Shown here: piece by piece, positions 48,519 to 51,095 of the stretch
How the letters are laid out: each line of letters starts with the position of its first letter
Numbering within the stretch: position 1 is the stretch's first letter
From: a virus
Virus record (IMG/VR): IMGVR_UViG_3300040801_001309
Location: 1 to 51,095 of that record
DNA: 51,095 nt
Strand: one strand, 5' to 3'
Made by a program: the position numbers and the translations under genes
Notes under the pieces: model-generated
The model's input: the letters and a program-made list of their open reading frames with translations, nothing else
Told to the model about the DNA's origin: nothing
The model's database searches: none

Positions 48519-49228
48519 TATCGTGTCTTCTCCCACATATGATATATAATCTTTAAATCTGATTTTTGTTCATAAAATTCCAACAACGGAACTTCTAATA
48601 TGTCATTATACCAACATTTTACACATTTTACTGATTGATATGTATCTATATTAAATTTTGCTCTTTTCAATGTTTTATAATTTTTAGTGATATCTTCAAA
48701 AGCTTCCATACATGATAATTGGTTTATTTGTGCATGATTTAACCATGATATCGTGAATATTTCTGAATCATCACTAATATAAAATTGACGTGTTAATACA
48801 ATAAATGCTAATTTATCAATAAGATCATCATTTAATGTAATATTATTTACAGTTTTTTCACAAACATCTATTATGCGTGTCCACGGGTCATTAGTTTTTT
48901 TTGATCCTTTAATTAAAATATCTATTGATTTTGGTACATCATAATATTTATTTATTTTATTAAATAATAAACGAACACTTTCCGAAATATGTATTGTATA
49001 TATAAATGATACTGTTTGAAGAGAATATGTGCCAATATAACTAAAGTCTATATTCATATTATTGATAACACATTCTAATGATTTCATTCCATTGACACCA
49101 TTAGAAAACTCTAATTCAATTGTGTTATTATTTTTAATAGTCTTCTTTTTAATTTGTTTTGTTAATATATTTTTTTGAAGTTCATTTAATGTATTAATAT
49201 CAAATATGTTATTATGTGATAGTATCAT
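48518..49228 (-). CDS. Hypothetical replication-module protein (236 aa)
   Basis: ORF only. By position it could be a sliding clamp or accessory factor. Confidence 0.45.
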   Translation of the reverse strand: MILSHNNIFDINTLNELQKNILTKQIKKKTIKNNNTIELEFSNGVNGMKSLECVINNMNIDFSYIGTYSLQTVSFIYTIHISESVRLLFNKINKYYDVPKSIDILIKGSKKTNDPWTRIIDVCEKTVNNITLNDDLIDKLAFIVLTRQFYISDDSEIFTISWLNHAQINQLSCMEAFEDITKNYKTLKRAKFNIDTYQSVKCVKCWYNDILEVPLLEFYEQKSDLKIIYHMWEKTR

Positions 49229-50034
49229 ATTAATGCCGATATAAGTCGTTCATCTATTTTTGCTATAAATTCATCAAATTTATTTCGACATATTAAATAT
49301 CCACACATGAAATTAAGTCCAGGATGATATTGGTATTTAAACCTCTCAATTTGCGATTCACAAAATATGGTAACACCACCCATTACTATTAAAATATATT
49401 CATTTGAAGTTGATGTATTCCATCTAATATATATATTAAATGGGTGAATTGCTGTTTGATTAAATATATTTGTATTTCGTTTCATTAATTTTAATTTATC
49501 AACTATCAAGTATAACTGTTGTTTTGAAGGTCTTTCAAATGCATTAACATTCATAGCACATGATGTTTTAAGTTTGTTTATATCAGTTGCTCGTAATATT
49601 CCGCCTAATAATGTACTTGTAAATCTACTAACAGATAATAATACTGAAAATAAGTCACTATTTATGACTTGTTGAATATTATCCAGTTTAACCATTATAC
49701 CATCAATATTTGCTAATGTTTCATCTTCAAGATGTGTATTTGTGCTATAATTTGATTTTTCAATGTAATCAATATGTCTAGTATATGGTAATTCATTACT
49801 TATGTATTTTCCAGTAATTGAAATAATACATGATACTTTATGTTCTGTCAGAAATATACTAGAATCATCTCTAATATGTATTCGATGATTTACGCAGAAT
49901 TCATCAAAATGTAAACTTATTTTTGAATTGTTGTGTATAACATCTGTAATAAATTTATTTTCAGTTTTTAAAGTATATAGACATAATAACATTATATCTA
50001 TATCAGTTGTATTTTCATCAATATCTAATATCAT
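49225..50034 (-). CDS. Hypothetical replication-module protein (269 aa)
   Basis: ORF only. Confidence 0.45.
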   Translation of the reverse strand: MILDIDENTTDIDIMLLCLYTLKTENKFITDVIHNNSKISLHFDEFCVNHRIHIRDDSSIFLTEHKVSCIISITGKYISNELPYTRHIDYIEKSNYSTNTHLEDETLANIDGIMVKLDNIQQVINSDLFSVLLSVSRFTSTLLGGILRATDINKLKTSCAMNVNAFERPSKQQLYLIVDKLKLMKRNTNIFNQTAIHPFNIYIRWNTSTSNEYILIVMGGVTIFCESQIERFKYQYHPGLNFMCGYLICRNKFDEFIAKIDERLISALI

Positions 50035-50887
50035 CTATTATTGGAATTTCTCCTACATCCTTTGATAACGTTGGAACATATCCGTTAATCATAATTTCAT
50101 CATTTAATGTTATTGCTATATTTCTTAATTTTTGTAATATAAATTTCTTGTTTTTCACATCAGAATCAAAAATTACATGTATATTATGTTTGCCAATCAT
50201 ACATTCGCATAATATTAAATTTTGAACAACTTCAACATATTTTTTACCACACATTGCAATAAAAAAGCCTTTTAATGAACCGTACAAATACATATTTATA
50301 ATATCAAATGGTCCTTCACATATAATTATATTATCGAACTTTGGTTTTTGAAAGAAATATTGACCTCCGTGATGTTTATATCTTATTTTACTATTATTAA
50401 TAAAACGTGTAGTTATTCGCATATTTAGATAATTATAAAAGGAACATATTAGTTTATTGTCAATAAAAGATGGTAGTATATTAAATGTTAATATATTAAC
50501 ATTACCAATCCGCATTGCAATATAATTTTTAAATATATCATACTCTTTAGGATATGAATATCTAAAAGCACATAATGTATTAACATAATCCAATTGTATT
50601 TGTGATGTATTTGTGTATACATTTTTAACACGAGTACCAATGCTTTTAAATGAGGCTATGCTATTTAATAATTTAATATCTTTAAAATCAGTATATTCTA
50701 ATAACTTTCGTAAATTGCCACTAACATCACATCTAAAACAAATAAAAACAGGGGATGTTTTTGCAATATAACAATGTCCATGCGTTGGGTTTGCTCGCCT
50801 TGTGGCATCGTCACAGAAAGGACAAAATATGATTATTTCATTTCCGGTATCATTATAAATTGAAGATATTCCTTTCAAATGATACAC
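50018..50887 (-). CDS. DnaG/T7-type DNA primase (zinc ribbon plus Toprim)
   Basis: The zinc ribbon is CPFCDD...HGHCYI...CFRC. The Toprim motifs are ICEGPFDIINMY and VIFDSDVKN. The start is uncertain: GTG without an SD, with an in-frame ATT 9 nt after GGAGG upstream. Confidence 0.65.
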   Translation of the reverse strand: MYHLKGISSIYNDTGNEIIIFCPFCDDATRRANPTHGHCYIAKTSPVFICFRCDVSGNLRKLLEYTDFKDIKLLNSIASFKSIGTRVKNVYTNTSQIQLDYVNTLCAFRYSYPKEYDIFKNYIAMRIGNVNILTFNILPSFIDNKLICSFYNYLNMRITTRFINNSKIRYKHHGGQYFFQKPKFDNIIICEGPFDIINMYLYGSLKGFFIAMCGKKYVEVVQNLILCECMIGKHNIHVIFDSDVKNKKFILQKLRNIAITLNDEIMINGYVPTLSKDVGEIPIIDDIRY

Positions 50888-50944
50888 TATATCAGTATAA
50901 TTGTCTATATTATATAAAATAAAATATCACCTCCATGACATCAG

Positions 50945-50954
50945 TATTTCTATA
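50945..50954 (-). promoter_or_regulatory. ATATAGAAAT promoter-like box
   Basis: Minus-sense AACTAATATAGAAATACTG lies just inside the right ITR boundary, upstream of the primase gene. Confidence 0.45.
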
Positions 50955-50978
50955 TTAGTTTTGTAAAATTAAAAATTA

Positions 50979-51095
50979 TTTTTTTGCGTATCTTGAAATA
51001 CCTTACTATTAGCTAAACTATATTGAAAACAAGAAATACAATATACTCTAAATATAAGTTTAAACTAATAATAATTTACAAGCTAAATAGTCAAT
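50979..51095. repeat. Right inverted terminal repeat (117 bp)
   Basis: Exact reverse complement of 1-117. Confidence 0.95.

Noticed and set aside
1-51095. Genome-wide stop-codon reassignment (TAG or TGA recoding), suggested by the in-frame TAG in HNH copy 2 and the in-frame TGA at 38757-38759.
   Set aside because: Standard-code ORFs are long and contiguous throughout (729, 628, 533, 485 aa and so on). Genes end at TAA, TAG and TGA with normal coupled junctions. I found no tRNA with a CTA or TCA anticodon. Two isolated events are better explained as decay or error.

Overview
This is a 51,095-bp, very AT-rich linear contig bounded by an exact 117-bp inverted terminal repeat (1-117 is the reverse complement of 50979-51095). 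The gene content is that of a tailed dsDNA phage of a low-GC, Shine-Dalgarno-using host; the host assignment is inference. A short plus-strand late/structural block (about 880-10090) includes a contractile tail sheath and a tail tube. Almost everything else is on the minus strand. It comprises DNA replication and repair genes: a fragmented family-B DNA polymerase, DnaG-type primase, RFC-like clamp loader, SF2 helicase, both topoisomerase II subunits, endonuclease III, a UDG-like protein and a radical-SAM SPL-like protein. It also holds an unusually rich RNA and translation set: T4 Rnl1-like RNA ligase, a Ro60/TROVE-vWA protein, a bL12 homologue, Pth2, a YqeY-like protein, and at least 15 tRNA genes, most of them in a cluster at 20.8-27.7 kb. 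No capsid, portal, terminase or RNA polymerase gene is recognisable, so the element may be incomplete or multipartite, or the ITR may be an assembly artefact. The most notable observations follow. (1) PolB is split three ways. A group I intron sits exactly inside motif A and carries an antisense, independently promoted secreted-protein gene. A mini-intein sits inside motif C. The C-terminal third is encoded 22 kb away. (2) Two further group I-like ribozyme cores lie directly upstream of HNH endonuclease genes inside the tRNA cluster, with no recognisable interrupted host gene. (3) A permuted, YrlA-type tRNA-like RNA lies in the tRNA cluster of a genome that also encodes Ro60. (4) Seven stem-loop units with perfectly covarying arms embed a conserved TTTACATATG box, and most sit immediately upstream of tRNAs. 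(5) Three sequence motifs are over-represented: ATATAGAAAT as promoter candidates, TTGCGGCGG nine times, and ATAGTCTARTCTAC. (6) Two short paralogues carry PolB palm-like motifs. All functional calls come from motif recognition by eye; no searches were run.
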